DNA of 63,770 nt, the filler included, from Chiloscyllium plagiosum (taxonomy: Eukaryota): the NCBI RefSeq assembly GCF_004010195.1. It is 4 parts of one record of this genome, joined end to end, with 100 filler letters (N's around TTAATTAATTAA, not from the genome) between each part and the next. Parts side by side here need not be neighbours in the genome. Positions count along the whole stretch, not along the records: positions 61,490 to 63,770 come from NC_057716.1; 3 more parts are not named here. The stretch is one strand, 5' to 3'. Each line of letters starts with the position of its first letter. Position 1 is the stretch's first letter. This document shows positions 61,871 through 63,770 of the stretch, piece after piece. The position numbers and the translations under genes were made by a program. The notes under the pieces were generated by a model. The model had not been told where the DNA came from, did no database searches, and saw only the letters and a program-made list of their open reading frames with translations.

Positions 61871-63559
61871 CCCCTGGAAGGGGTTTATGCTAATCTTCTC
61901 TTTCCAGATAACACACACTTTCAAGCATTTCTCTTGAAGCTCCTGGATCCTTATTCTCTCCAAGACAAAAACACCTCCAAAATCTCCATTCTATCTACAT
62001 ATTTGCTTCCTTCCATAAATTATGTTTTGGTCCCTAATTAGCTCTTTTCCTTTTCCTGTATTTTCTGTTTCTGCCTTCAGAGGATTTTTTAATTCCCTTG
62101 GTGATTGTTGCCGATGTCTGCTTGAATTTTCTCCTTGTTCCTGTTATTGACTCCTGTCCCTCTCCCTCTCAGCCCTCGGTATTCAGCATGCTCACATCCT
62201 CCGGCAGCAGCTTCCAAACCCACACCCACTTCCATCGAGAAGGACAAGGACAGCAGATCCATGGGAACACCACCCCATGCAAGTTCCCCTCCAAGCCCCT
62301 CACCATCCTGACTTGGAAATATATCGCCGTTCCTTCAGTGTCACTGGGTCAGAATCCTGGAATTCCCTCCCTAAGGGACATTGTGGGTCTACCCACAGCA
62401 CATGGACTGCAGCGGTTCAAGAAGGCAGCTCACCCCCACCTTCTCAAGGGGCAACTAGGGATGGGGTAATAAATGCTGGGACCAGGCAGCAATGACCACA
62501 AATGAATAGAAAGAAATATTTGTCAAATGGTTCCTTTCTCTGCCATCTGTCTTTCCACATTGAGGGAGCTCTCAATGGGTGTGTACTTCCTTTGCCCCTC
62601 ACGGGTATGTGCCCTGGGGAGTTGGACTCTGAGGAACAGAGTGGATGATGTTGAACAGAAGATGAGCTGAATTTTCCTGGGATTTGGAGTTCACCGCCAC
62701 CATTCCTGACGCTGATGGGTCTCAGATGTACGGTGTATGGAGTATGTTATGAGGCTGCAGTTTTCTGCCCAGATGTTGCTGGCCTTGTTGTGAAACTGGC
62801 ATTTTCGGATGACCCACCGTGTTTTCAAAGTCAAGTGGTTCACACCAGCTCAGGGTGCTGTGACAAATGAGAGAAGTTCTACCTAGAATCAGGATTTGTT
62901 GACAGTTGTCACATTATAATGCAGTAAGATAAATTATGTGTCTCAATACAAAGATTAGTGAAAGGATTTTCTTTCGACAAAATGCATATTAAATTGACCA
63001 GTTTCATGGAATTAGAAAAGTCTTCTGTTCTGAAGAAGTGTCACTGGCTTGAAATGTTAACTCTGATTTCTCTCCACAGATGCTGCCAGACCTGTTGAGT
63101 TTCTCCAGCAATTTGTACTCCTGTTTGTTTCAGATCCCCAAAATCCACAGTTCTTTGCTTTATTTTAGGAAAGTCTTCAAATGGTTTACGGTACATTATC
63201 CACTGGTATCAGAACCTTTAAAATGTTCAGCAAAACCTCTGAGTTTTTAGACTCAATGTCTCCAGCTCAGGACCCTATTTGGTTGGAGAATTATACTCTC
63301 AATATGTGCTGTCACTTTCAAAGATCAATGCACCAACACACTGCAGCTCCCCTGTTCCTGCTGGCTCTTTATCTTGAGTCATTTAGTTAATAAGGACCTT
63401 CCCCATTCTCCTGGGAAATTGCATCACCTCACAGCTCTCTGCTGGAAACTCTATCTGTCACTTAGCGACTGCCTCTAAGGTTCAAGATGTGCCATTGTTA
63501 TTATTTGAAAAGTTGCATTCTCAAGTGGATAGTGCCATGTAGCACTTTCGGTTTTTTTT

Positions 63560-63770
63560 TAAGATTACTTACAGTGTGGAAACAGGCCCTTCGGCCCAAC
63601 AAGTCCACACCGACCCGCCGACGAGCAACCCATCCAGACCCGTTCCCCGACATTTACCTCTTCGCCTCACACTACGGGCAATTTAGCATGGCCAATTCAC
63701 CTAACCTGCACATTTTTTTTTGGACTGTGGGAGGAAACCGGAGCACCCGGAGGAAACCCACGCAGACACG
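63560..63770 (-). mobile_element. HE1-type SINE (runs off the window end)
   Basis: cagtgtggaaacaggcccttcggcccaacaagtccacacc...ggaggaaacccacgcagacacg. Confidence 0.9.

Overview
Repeat-dominated, apparently non-genic DNA from a cartilaginous fish. The abundant HE1-type V-SINEs and HER1/CR1 LINEs are diagnostic of sharks and rays; a carpet/bamboo shark is a plausible inference only. The window consists of four blocks (1-21092, 21193-46878, 46979-61389, 61490-63770) joined by identical artificial 100-bp linkers (44 N + TTAATTAATTAA + 44 N), so adjacency across linkers is unproven. I recognise no intact host protein-coding gene; nearly all listed ORFs are decayed retroelement fragments or tandem-repeat artefacts. 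Contents: an L1-clade 3' end, a ~70-bp satellite array, 24-bp and 15-bp minisatellites, many CR1/HER1 LINE and HE1 SINE copies, Rex1/Babar and a second CR1/L2-group LINE, Deu-domain SINE relics, a Tigger-like MITE, two shredded Gypsy LTR retrotransposons and several Penelope-like element (PLE) families. The most interesting signal is over a dozen minimal hammerhead-ribozyme motifs in about five PLE-associated repeat families. They share the catalytic core but have unrelated stem II sequences, and several sit in short fold-back elements. A well-spaced TATA/initiator/splice-donor cassette with IRF-like motifs (minus strand, ~13.9 kb) is the best hint of a host transcript. Repeat boundaries were estimated by eye and are approximate.
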